DNA of 63,882 bases, counting the filler, from Reticulomyxa filosa (lineage: Eukaryota; Protista; Foraminifera): the NCBI GenBank assembly GCA_000512085.1. It is 18 parts of 18 records of this genome, joined end to end, with 100 filler letters (N's around TTAATTAATTAA, not from the genome) between each part and the next. Parts side by side here need not be neighbours in the genome. Positions count along the whole stretch, not along the records: positions 52,381 to 61,173 come from ASPP01045660.1; positions 61,274 to 62,782 come from ASPP01004453.1; positions 62,883 to 63,882 come from ASPP01042864.1; 15 more parts are not named here. The stretch is one strand, 5' to 3'. Of this stretch, positions 52,777 to 63,882 are shown piece by piece (position 1 is the stretch's first letter; each line of letters begins with the position of its first letter). The translations under genes were made by a program, and so were the position numbers. Under the pieces are notes generated by a model that saw nothing but the letters and a program-made list of their open reading frames with translations, was not told the DNA's origin and searched no databases.

Positions 52777-55700
52777 TCATTGTGTTATGTCATTTAAAAC
52801 AATTTTGATTAAAGATTCAATGTTTCTGTCTGCATCACCTTTAACATTTCCATTTTCGATTGCTAAAAGTAGTTTGTCACAATCATATGTTGCTTTCCTA
52901 CGAATCACAGTATTGCAATCACTTCCAGTCACAACAATTTTGTTATTATCAACAGCATTTTTAGATGTTTCCATACGCCTTAACAAAAGATTTGGAAGAG
53001 AAAGCAAATTATATTTTTGCGCAATTGTCAAATCACGTGCCAAAGTTTCAATTATCTTTGGATTAGCAAAAAATGTTGTCAAAACATTGTTTTTTGATCG
53101 CTGTGTTCTCTTATAAATTGTTTCTGTTATACTCCCGGTAATATCAAATTCCGGCAATCCAGCTGTAGAAATTGAATCATCGCGAATTGTGCATACACTA
53201 TGTAATATCAAAACCACTGTTTCATAATACTCTTTCAATGTTGCTTTTTCTTGGATTATTTGCATATCTTGTTTTTTCTCTTCATATTCTTTCTCTTCAG
53301 CTGGTAGTAATTGTTCAAATTCCACTTTTTTTTCTTCATGCATATCTTGTATGTTCCCACGAGAATTTCGTGCAAAGTTTTCAAGAATGACAATTTCAGG
53401 GCATTTCCAAATATCACTTATTGTCGTTATATCCCGAATTTCAGATTTTCTACCATGTAAAGAATCCAATGATTCCTGTCCAAGATCATTTTCAGCATTG
53501 GAAGTGATCACTCCATTTTCGGTAGCCACTACTATATTTTGGTTCATCAACTTCAGAGCCTCTGCTGCTTTGCTGCGAACCTCCTTGTTTTCATCTTTCA
53601 AAGCAATAGCCAACTGACCCAATACATGTTCGGTAGCTGCAGTTGGTCCCATTGAGCCGAATATCTCAGCTGCATTTCTACGAATACTCCAGTTTTCATC
53701 TTTCAAAGCAGTGACAAGTTCATTCAGCACATGTTCCGTCGCCGCGGCAGTTCCCATGGCAGTCAATATCTCCGCCACATCACGACAAGCACTCCAATCT
53801 TCACTTTCAAAACGAAAATCAGTGCATTCAACATAGACTCCGTAGCTGCGGCCACTCCAAATGATTCCACTACCTTTAATGCAAGAGATAGAAGATGCCT
53901 ATCTTCTGACGGTGCTTCACTATTCAAGACACTAGCCAATCGATCCAATACAAATTCGGTGGGCGGTTTTTCAAGAGAGGCCAATATCATTGCGGCAATC
54001 ATAAAAACCTCATTGTTTTGATCGTGCAAGACATTGGTCAATTGACTCACCACATGTTCTGTTGCTGCAGCAGGTCCGAAGCTATGAAGCGTTTTGACTA
54101 CTTGTTTTCGAACGCTGACTTGCTTATCTTTGAGAGCAGCTGTTAACTGGTGTAATACCTGTTCGGTGATTGCAGCTGAGCCCAAGAAACTCAAAGTGAT
54201 TGCGGCATTTTTACGGACCTTGCGATTTGCATTACTCAAAGCCACAGCTAGATTATTGTTGACATATTCAATGGCCTTAGTGGACTGGATCAAGCATAAT
54301 GTCTCGACTGCCTGCTTTCGGAGACTCCAATCTTCGTCATTCAAAATGACTGCAGTCAGCTCCTTCAATACAGACTCTGTATCTGCAGTCACTCCAAAGT
54401 TGCCCAACACTTTGACTGCCTCTTGACGAACACTATTTTCTTTGTCTTTCAAAGCGATCGCCAATTCCTTCAACACTGGCTCCACATCAGCTTCTCGTCC
54501 CAACAGACCCAATACTTCAATTGCATTCCTACGAGCACGCCAATCCTTGTCTTTCATTGCAGTTAGGAGTGCGTCGGACACACTCTTTGTCCCGGCCTGT
54601 CCCGTCGACTTCAGAGCCTTGGCTGCGCCACTCCGAACATCCCAATCTTCATCTTTCAGAGCATTGATCAACGTATCTACCACACTCTTTTGTGTCGCCG
54701 CTGCTGGTCCCATCAAACCCAATGTCTTTGCCGCGAGTGCACAAATGTGTTTACTTTCGTCTTGCAGCATAACTTGCAATTGATCCAGCGCTAGCTCCGA
54801 GATAGCAGAGGGTCCCAATGCTCCGAGTGCCTTCACTGCCTCCATACGAATGTCTTCATTGCTATCTTTCAAAACAAGAGCCAGTCGCTTCAACGCTTCG
54901 TTGGTGACGGCCGTAGGCTTGACCTGACCTATCGCTCGCACTGCTTTGATAAAGATGGTGGTGTCTTTATCTTCCAAAGCAACCTTCAATTGATTGAGCA
55001 GTACCTGCGTATGATCCTTGTCAATACCATTGATCTGCATCAAGCATTGCACAATATTTTCTGGCTCTACTTTTTCAAAGATCGTAGCCACTTGTGTATC
55101 AAAGCGCTCTAAAAAATGGAGTAACTTGTCTTTGTATTCTTGCACATGCGTTTGGTTCGACACCTGAGTGTGTTCAAATTGATGTTCAAGTCGCGTAAAC
55201 AAGTCAACTTGTGGGGGATGATAGCGAAGGAACAATGCCTGCGGACAACATCGAATAATTGTGGGAAAAGTGGTATCTGCAAAGATCACTTGTTTGAGTT
55301 GAGATTGACCCTTTGGCAACAATAACACTACCAAATCTGTCAATCCGACGGAGTTGAGCATTGCACATCCTTGAATGTCCAATACAGATAACATACTGCT
55401 GCCCGTTGAAATGGAGACAATGGACGAACATCCTCCCAGCTGCAATGACTCCAACACAGGAGCCTTCAACTTCAATTTGGACAAGTAAGTGGCATTGATC
55501 ATCTTCCATTGTCTCAAGCACGGCATTGCAATGGATATTTCCACATTCGTCAATTTGCTGCAATGATTGCCCTCGAATCGCACCATCTTAGGTGCTTGAA
55601 AGCCTGTCAATGTGCGAATGCCTGATTCATCCACAATCAACTCGTGCAATGAAAAACACATCCAAAATGACTTCCCTTGCAATCGGGAACAACGTCTTGC

Positions 55701-58700
55701 AATCAACGTTTGCAATGTCTGACATTGTTTTGTAATCGCATTCAAGTCGCTGTCGTCCATCATCGTGTCACTCAAATCCAACCAACGCAAATTCATCATC
55801 CCGGAAAAGAAGTGCGTCATTTTGGCAGCCAACTCCATTTTTTCCACACTCCAAATGTTGAAATTAAAGCCCCGCAGAGACAGCTCTTCAAAGGGATGCA
55901 ATTGCACAATGTGTGCCAATGTCAGCTGCTGCTCATCCGACAGCTTATTCCAATGAAAAGGAGCAAATCCACGCTCCGGATCGCCTCTCAATATTGCGGA
56001 TTGGTCTTCTAATGAAAGCAATCTTTCAAATGCTTTGAAATTGCCTGATGCCACTTCGTCACAGATTTTCTCCAATTGCTGGCATTGATAACTCAGTTGA
56101 TCAAGCTCTGCCAATGCCTTGGCCGGTGTTAAGTCTTCCAAATCCCAATATCCTGTTTCCGGAAGAATGTCATTGATATGGGTGGAGATCTTTGCTCGAG
56201 TCAATGTGCGCAATGCACGAGTATTGGATGCCATCACTCCAAACTTGTTCAATTGATACCTTCCCAATTGAGCCAATCTTTCAATGGGGTCTTTATATTT
56301 TTGTAATGCGTCGCTGTATGCAATGCCTGCCTTCGGATGGAGTTGAATCAGACATTGCAATCCCGTCACATCCGGATGCAGTTTCAATAAAGTACGGAGC
56401 TTCGACCATCGACTATACATTGCTACGGCATCTCCTTTTTTCAAAGGAATGGGGATTGTGCAGCTGTTGCTTGCATCGTTGTGATGCCAACGGTGGATTA
56501 TTTCAGTAGGGAACATTTTTGAGTACATTTCATTTTGTGATTGGGTATCTCGGAAAATCGACTCCATCATTTGTCTTGAATCCAATGTCAGAAATCGCTC
56601 TCTTGCAATTGGATTGATTTGCTGATGCATGCAATCCAGACAAAACAGAATCGTCTTGATTTGCAATTGCAGCTGCTTGGTGTTCTTATCGGGGAGCCAA
56701 TCAGGAAACAAAGCATGGTCATGATCAATACTTACCAATGTATCCTTTTTATTGTCGATACATTTGACAATATAATTGGTTGGCAAGCCATCTTCTGGAT
56801 TGGTTAACAATGCAACGAATAACAGCTCTGTGTAATATTGGTGATCCAATTTGTTCAATCTCTCCGATTCATTTTCAATCACTTCTTGCAACGTAGGACC
56901 ATGAACAGCCTCCGAACAAAGGACTGGAATGGAGTCACCATCCGCATATCTCAAACATACCAATTCACTATGATACGTTCCATGACCTATTATTCGATGA
57001 TGACATTGCTCCATCAAATAACTCATCCCTGGCATTTCAGGCCATGCCTTTGCATAAATTATCGGTGGTGTATTTGTGTCCAATGCTATTGGAATTACAT
57101 CCCTTTGTCCACCGGATATCCGATTCTGCTTAAATTTCCCATTTTCATCCAATAACTGGGCAGCCACGCTAGCTTGCAATGGCTTGCATCCACCGATCAA
57201 TGGACTATTGAATGTGGGCTCGTTTGCTCTTGGGGCCCGATCTTCCACCAATTTTTGCAAAGTTTCTTTCCATTTTTTCTTTTCTTCTTTCCAAAGAGTT
57301 GTTTCGCCACATTTGTCCGGCATACGATGCAATGCAGTCAAAACATTACTTAAAAAATCCCGGGTTCCTTCATCTGCTTTTTTTGGTGCAGCATTAGAAT
57401 TTGCCGAAATGCAACACGAACAGCAATGCCATCCAATAATTGGTAGATATTTTGGTATACTTTCAATTCTCGATGCTTCAACAGCAGCACATGAATAAGT
57501 CGTGACAAGCATGACTTTTTGTTTTCCACCTCAATGCTGAGTTCCTTTTCACATTTTTTTAGCAAGGACTCTCGTTGAGTACGGACTTGCTCAAACGCAG
57601 GTCTTAGCAATGCAAATAATTGACATTGAAAATAAGGGGTAGTAGATTGAAGCGTACCTTGACGTTGTTCCTTTCGATAGCATTCCACAATTGTTTCATC
57701 AGCATCTTTGTCATGTGAATCCCTTTGATTTTGCCATTGTTCTATTCTTGTATTCCAATCTGCATTAGAAGTTTGAATTTCTTGTGTGCAGTTGTGCAGC
57801 CAATTGCTTCGCGATTGAGAGTGATCGGTCACATGACTTAGATTGATGTTATGCATTTCCAGTTTGGTCACAAATGTATTCCTTTCTTCGGTGACACGTA
57901 GCAAGTCTCTGCACACTTCCAACAACTCCAAGGACAGTCGAGCATGGACACATTTGGCAGCCCAATCACGAACCAAAGACTGGTTCCAAATATTCCATTG
58001 GTTCATGTTGCCAGCAGTGAGGATATAGCGCCGATTCTGGGCTTGCACTTCCAAAGTCAGACCTTCAATGTCATGAGGATCCAAACAGAAGCGAGCTTGA
58101 TAGCAGTTGATGGCATCATCCATTTCATTGAATTGAGCATGCACAAGCATTTGGCCTAATGAGTCGATCTGATGAATCTGCGTGCGCTTTAAAAACGAGG
58201 GATTGCCTTCCTCGGACCATCGTTTTGCGCTTTGATATAATGACCACAGAATGGCATACACTTGTTTCAGTTGAGTCTGCTCTTCGGCAGTAAGACGATA
58301 AGGCTGGACTTCAGACAAAGGGACTTGTGTATATGGTTGATATAGCCATTCATGAGCCGCTTGATAATGCATTTGAGTTGTAATTCGCCATTGCAATGCC
58401 CGACAAATCAAGTCATGTAATAATGTCAGTGTTTTATCACAAAAGGCCCTTCTCCTCCTCGCCAGCTCATTCACTTGATCGACAATATGACCAATCCCAA
58501 GTCCGTAATACAGACTCAAGGCCAAGATCATTTGTTGAGATAATCGATACAATTGCTTCTTCACACAAACACCAATCTGATCTGTTTCAACTCCTTGTGC
58601 CACTTGTGACATTGGATTCAGACTCTCTATTATCTGATCCACAATTTCCAGTGATATTTTCTCTCGCAGTCGATTTGCTTTTAACCATCCGCCCAAATTC

Positions 58701-60376
58701 TTGTTCAACAATTGTTCCAAGCATGATTGATACGTGGCAAATAGATCATCCGATCCGACTATCTTTCGATAACTTAACAAGATTTGACGATCGAGCAATT
58801 CCCAATTTCTGCTTGTCTGAATACCTGCCAGATTCGTTGGCGTGTGAAGCAGCAAATCTGAACTGCGATGTGGCATGTAAAAGTAATCTGCGTGCAATCC
58901 AGTGCGGATAATTTGTGGCTGTTCATTGCAATTATTATTGAATAAGCCTAGCAGCTCTTCAGGTGTCTCTCCCAATCCAATCAACACCAATTCAAAAATT
59001 GCACTTGCATTTGTAAAGTATTTGCGAATGTCGGGACTGTCTGTTGCAATCAAACAACCACACTCAATGTCGGAATAGGGCGTTGCTTCTTCTCGTCCCA
59101 ATGACCCCAATGCCAACAATGCATATTCACAAGGAGGTTGCGGCAATCGATCCAAAACAAACTCCCAAAGCATCTTCAAAATTCCACACAATCCTTCCGT
59201 CATTTGCTTTGTAATTCTGAGTGGAGAAGAAGAAGGAGGAGAAGGAGGAGAATTGCTTGTGTTTGTCACACATCGTCGACGTAATTGCACCAGACGGCTA
59301 TTCCAACAGTGATACAACTCATATGATATTGGCGTGGAGCTTGGCAGGACTTGTGCCAGAATTCGAATTTGCTGACTCGAAGATTGCTTTTGCCATAATA
59401 ATGCATTTGGCAAATTGAAATGCTTGGCTGCCATTGAGCAAGCAGCTGTAGCATAACCCATTGCCAAACGATACAATGTTCGCTTCCTTTCAATTTCATC
59501 TGTCCAAAATATATATGACAATGTTACATCGCTAAGTGCCAATAAACATGCAATTGCAAGCTGATGCACTGTGCGCATTGATTCGATCACTAATGCTTTA
59601 TATTCCGGATGGCATTTCGCAAATTGATTAGAATGATACTCGATCACTTCTTTTTCAGACGATTTCATTTTTGGAAAAGACAATCGAATGGCTTGAGCGT
59701 GGTCATATCTTGCTTGCAATAAGATTTGGTAGGTTGCATCGAGATTGGCAGGCCAATGGATTGATGGCTGCAAATAACAAATCACTCCAATTTTTTCACG
59801 CTTTAATGCCTCGTGTTCGGGACGATCACCATTCACAGTAATCCGTGATATATCCGCTTGATGGTCCAAAAGCCATTTAATTGCTCCCTTTTGTCCATTG
59901 CGAGCTGCTTTATGCAATGCTGTGTAATCGTAATTATTCACTTGATTCACATTCAACTCGGGACATGTATCCAATATCCATTGCAGTAATTCATGTTGTC
60001 CGGTTACTGCCACTGCATGAAATATTGTGCTTCCTTCTTCATTTCTTTCACTTATCATTCGTTTGATTGACTCCAAAGCTACATGCTCGTTCAACCATTT
60101 TATTGCTTCTTTCATATTTTTATTTTGTTGCATTCCATCTGCCCAATAAAACAAAATATTTTGTCTCATTCCATCACGTGCTTGTAATACTGATCCATCA
60201 TAGTCTAATATTTTTGTGGCACAGTTCCATCTTCCTTGTCGCAACGAATGCAGAAATAATCTTTGTAAACATGCTTTTGGCTCTTTTTGGTTCTTAACCC
60301 AATCCAACAGTTTATCCGGCTTGTCTTCATGTATCCAGTCCTCTCCTGTCTTTGGTAAACTTGCCCCAGTTGTCAT
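52777..60376 (-). CDS. Intronless multidomain protein of about 2,530 aa: ankyrin - DUF294/GlnD-type nucleotidyltransferase - PI3/4K/HipA-like kinase - LRR - HEAT (PBS-lyase-like); two apparent -1 frameshifts
   Basis: ORFs 57350-60580, 53763-57512 and 52777-53778 overlap with continuous domain logic. Motifs are ANK TALHKAARNG, NTase LGSLGREEATPYSDIE, kinase YAKAWPEMPG / NPEDGLPTNY / SIDHDH, LRR LRWLDLSDT, and HEAT LKDEDWDVRSGAAKAL repeated more than 10 times. Confidence 0.88.
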
Positions 60377-63179
60377 CTTGCAAAATGACAAAATTATTTT
60401 GGAGATTATTAACAGCAGAACAAAAATTTTTGTTTGATTGACAACTTCCTTTTTTTTTTTGTAGGTTTGCGGTTGTTCACAACAAAACTCCTTTAACTGA
60501 ATTTCACTTCGAGAAGGTGATAACAACACAAAAAAAAGTGAAGGAATAATTAGACCGATAGTTAAGCAGCAGTTGATCAATTCAATCCAATAGGAACCTT
60601 CTGATGTGGTACAAGATTGACTCTGTCTTCATTTCGATCAACTACATGTCCGAAATTATTTAAAAATTCGACATTGTAAAAACAAGACGTAAAAAATAAA
60701 ATTACAATTCATTGCACTAAATTATCATTAGATGATAAAAAAGACCACCCAAAACCGTTTAATAATGTGCAAAAGTAACTAATCATATTCCTTTGTTTTA
60801 AATAATTTTAGTCTTATTCGTTTAAAAATTATCTTACTTGAAAATGTTCCTTCTTTTAGACTGTAACTCAGGAACATCTCAAATGATTTGAAACGCGAAT
60901 TGATCAAATGCATTTCCTTTTTTGCATCTTAAACACAAGTACAATTTGTTTTTTTTGAACTGGGAATCAAGATTGTAACAAATTCATTCAAAGATAGTTA
61001 TTTCATTTCATGAGTTGTCAGACAATAATACTTATTAAATTTTAACGAAACAGCAATCAAAACAAGTTTCGTTCATTTTTCCCAAGAAATAGAAAAACGA
61101 TTTGTGTGTTTACATGTATCTTATCAACCCTAGCGTACTTCTATCTGATGAAATATCTACTTTAAAAAAACAGNNNNNNNNNNNNNNNNNNNNNNNNNNN
61201 NNNNNNNNNNNNNNNNNTTAATTAATTAANNNNNNNNNNNNNNNNNNNNNNNNNNNNNNNNNNNNNNNNNNNNGCGTGATTATCTTTGCCGAGCTAACAC
61301 AAGGCACGTGACTCTTACAGTGATGGAGTCAGAAATACAAACCAGCTCTATCTCTCTATCTCTTCACCAACTATCAATGCTCAGTGTCATTCGCAAGCCC
61401 ATCATTCATCTAATCAGTAGCACACTCACGATTCAGAATTCAAAATTGCGGATGTGCGCACTCACATCATCAGTTTTGACACGAGTAGTTAGCGCGATTT
61501 TTATAACAACCTTGTTGACTCTTTTTTTTTTTATCCTGATATTTTCGTAGTTGCACTTTCAGTTCCCTGTTCCTGCGACGATGCTCGTACTTCCTTGTTT
61601 CGCTTTGACCACATGCATTCAACAATTTTCTCGCACGGATGTCCTTTCTCCAGACTGCCCATTAAGACGTTCAGTATTAGCCACTACTTTTTGAAGATGT
61701 TGAGTCGTTGTTTTATGAGCTGTAGCTGCATGCACAGTGTCTCCAGGTCGATGCTCCCCACTTTTGTGATTCCGTGGATTTGGTTAAATAATCTCTTATT
61801 TTGCCAGCTTTTTTAGGCTCAAAAGAAATACTGGAAGTAGCGCTTTTTATTTTAATCACTGACTTGACCATTTTCTTGATTCTCATTTTCATATACTCTG
61901 TTGCTTGCTTTTGCTCAATGCCAGAAGCATTAGTGGATGGGTCAGAAATGGAATACGCAAAATTACGAACAGCATAATAGTATCAATAAAATGTTTATCG
62001 ATATTTTTTTTTTTTTTTACTAATGGTCTGTGCTGTTTGTAATTGTGATTGCAAGTGATCAGGCTCCACTTTAATTATTATGGATTATGTGAAGCATGTA
62101 TTTTTTTGATAGGGTTTGCCCGATCGAAAAGTCAAGAGATGAATAAATTTCTAAACAGAGGCAAGTAATCGTCTCCAATAGTAGAATCCGCATCATGAAT
62201 AGCGACAATCAACATTTCACGATAACTCAATATGCACTTTTCAACGCCAAGTAGAGTGACTGCTGATTCCATGGACATATCCAATTCTCTTACTTTGAGT
62301 AATTCCAGACTTTTTATTCAAAAGTTCCTTGAATGAAGGAGATTTGGTAGGCAATTGTTGTGTTGTTTTTAGAATTTGGAATTTTCCATCGGGCAATGTT
62401 CCAAAATCTGTTAAATACAAGTTGTGTCAACAAGCAATTGAAATGCTTCAGACAAAGGAATAAAAAAAAAATGGAAAAAAAAAAGCAATGACAAACATGT
62501 TATTAATGTCTTGGAGGATAGAATTGACCAAAATATTGAATATGCGCTTATCTCCAAAATTAGATGTTGCTCCAACAAATTTGTGCTTGAAATCGACCTT
62601 TGCAATTCTTGTGGATGTTCATTGTACTTTGGAACTTACTAATTATTTTGTTTGTATGATTTTTTTTTTCCAAACAAAACAGGTATATAGTATTCTTTTT
62701 TTTTAAATATACAAGTGTGCAGATATAAAATGGTGTGATCTATAGTTTGTTTGTAGTCTGGAATGAAAATTCACACCATTTANNNNNNNNNNNNNNNNNN
62801 NNNNNNNNNNNNNNNNNNNNNNNNNNTTAATTAATTAANNNNNNNNNNNNNNNNNNNNNNNNNNNNNNNNNNNNNNNNNNNNATTCGGCGTTATCTTGGA
62901 TTGTTGCTGGTGTTTATTCCTGGAATCTGGCATATTAATACCATAATTAATTCCATTTCCAACTCCATATGCATTATTTCCAATGCCACCATGCATACTG
63001 GCATTTAATGTTTTACTATTGTCAGACATGCTCGGAAGTGTAGTTAGCATGTCTGGACTTGCAGTAGAGCCTATTGGGATAAAGACACCTTGCCTCGACC
63101 CTTCACAAGCCTTGTTATCAGCGATTGGGTTTCGGTGATGTTCATTAGGAAATAAGCCTTGGTGGAGTGATTCAATTCA

Positions 63180-63882
63180 ATCAATTGAAAAGGAAGTATC
63201 GAAAATGCAGAACTGAAATGTTACAAGAAATACAAACGTGCGGCAATGCAACTAAAAAGGAAATTGAGACAGGAGAAACAAGAATATTTAATTAAGAGAT
63301 TTAATTGTTGAAAGAGGAATTTTCTCAATTCAAATCGATGAACTCAAACAAGATTTCAGTTATTCCTGCATTGGTAGTAAATATTGCAAAGACAGGCAAA
63401 GATAAGGCGGAAATGTTGGTATCGTTGTTTTCTCAACCCCCACAATCATCAAGCTATTCTGAAGAAACGAAAGAGTTGTTATCCATTATGTGGCGAATAT
63501 CATCAAATAGATATCACTGAAGAAGAAGTAATTGAGGCATTAAGGTATATTTCATCCCGCAAGGCTCAAAGACCAGATAATATTCACAATCAAATGAGCA
63601 AAAATGGTGGACAAGCATTAATTGATTCTTTGGTGATATTATTTAATTGGAGCTTCAAGATCGAGTATGTTCCAAGACTATGGAAAAGAGCAAATATGGT
63701 TCGGTCCCAAAGCCAGATAGAGACCATAGCATCTGCAAGAATTACAGCCAAAGAATTTGGATTGAAAGGAAAAATGTATTGATTGTTGGATAGTTTCCTC
63801 AAAGATCGAATTGGACAAGTGGTATTGAATGGAATCAATGCTAGTGAAAGAAATTTTGAAGTTGGAGTACCTCAAGAATCCT
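63180..63882 (+). mobile_element. Degenerate non-LTR (LINE) retrotransposon reverse-transcriptase fragment
   Basis: ITEEEVIEALRY..KAQRPDNIHNQM..LFNWSF..VPRLWKRAN..PKPDRDHS..NY, then an internal deletion to FGLKGKMY*LLDSFLKDRIGQVVLNG..GVPQES. Stops and frameshifts are present. Confidence 0.9.

Noticed and set aside
61274-62782. Possible retroelement or gene remnants
   Set aside because: Only short stop-ridden frames with no recognisable motif.
4277-62838. Recurrent TTAATTAATTAA motif as a biological repeat or CRISPR-like array
   Set aside because: It is always centred in exactly 44+44 Ns, so it is an artificial six-frame stop linker.
22415-63882. Alternative genetic code (stop-codon reassignment) to explain in-frame stops
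   Set aside because: Stops co-occur with frameshifts in decayed copies, while intact genes have long stop-free standard-code exons.

Overview
This is eukaryotic, very AT-rich, intron-containing genomic DNA, not prokaryotic. The window is 18 contigs joined by 17 artificial 100-nt linkers (N44-TTAATTAATTAA-N44), so adjacency across linkers carries no biological meaning. The WD40 and RING/TRAF paralog types, a divergent alpha-tubulin, microsatellite-filled introns and many pseudogenes suggest the foraminiferan Reticulomyxa filosa or a close rhizarian (inference, no search run). Recognisable genes are an RluA-like pseudouridine synthase, DUF3228, a METTL6-like methyltransferase, a SETD3-like protein, an LPCAT, PH-domain and RCC1 fragments, and a beta-helix protein. 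Pseudogenes include WD40, TRAF-type zinc finger, alpha-tubulin, DIS3, a Ras-family GTPase, a C2H2 repeat and a LINE RT. Three loci stand out. (1) An intronless, GC-richer gene of about 2,530 aa fusing ankyrin, DUF294/GlnD-type nucleotidyltransferase, PI3/4K-HipA-like kinase, LRR and HEAT domains, resembling a bacterial endosymbiont effector embedded in host DNA. (2) A plant-type LRR receptor built from phase-2, 72-nt one-repeat exons. (3) A giant PB1-like/beta-propeller/GB1-RHD3-type GTPase/Cys-His-repeat protein. Together these may be uncharacterised protist recognition or defence components.
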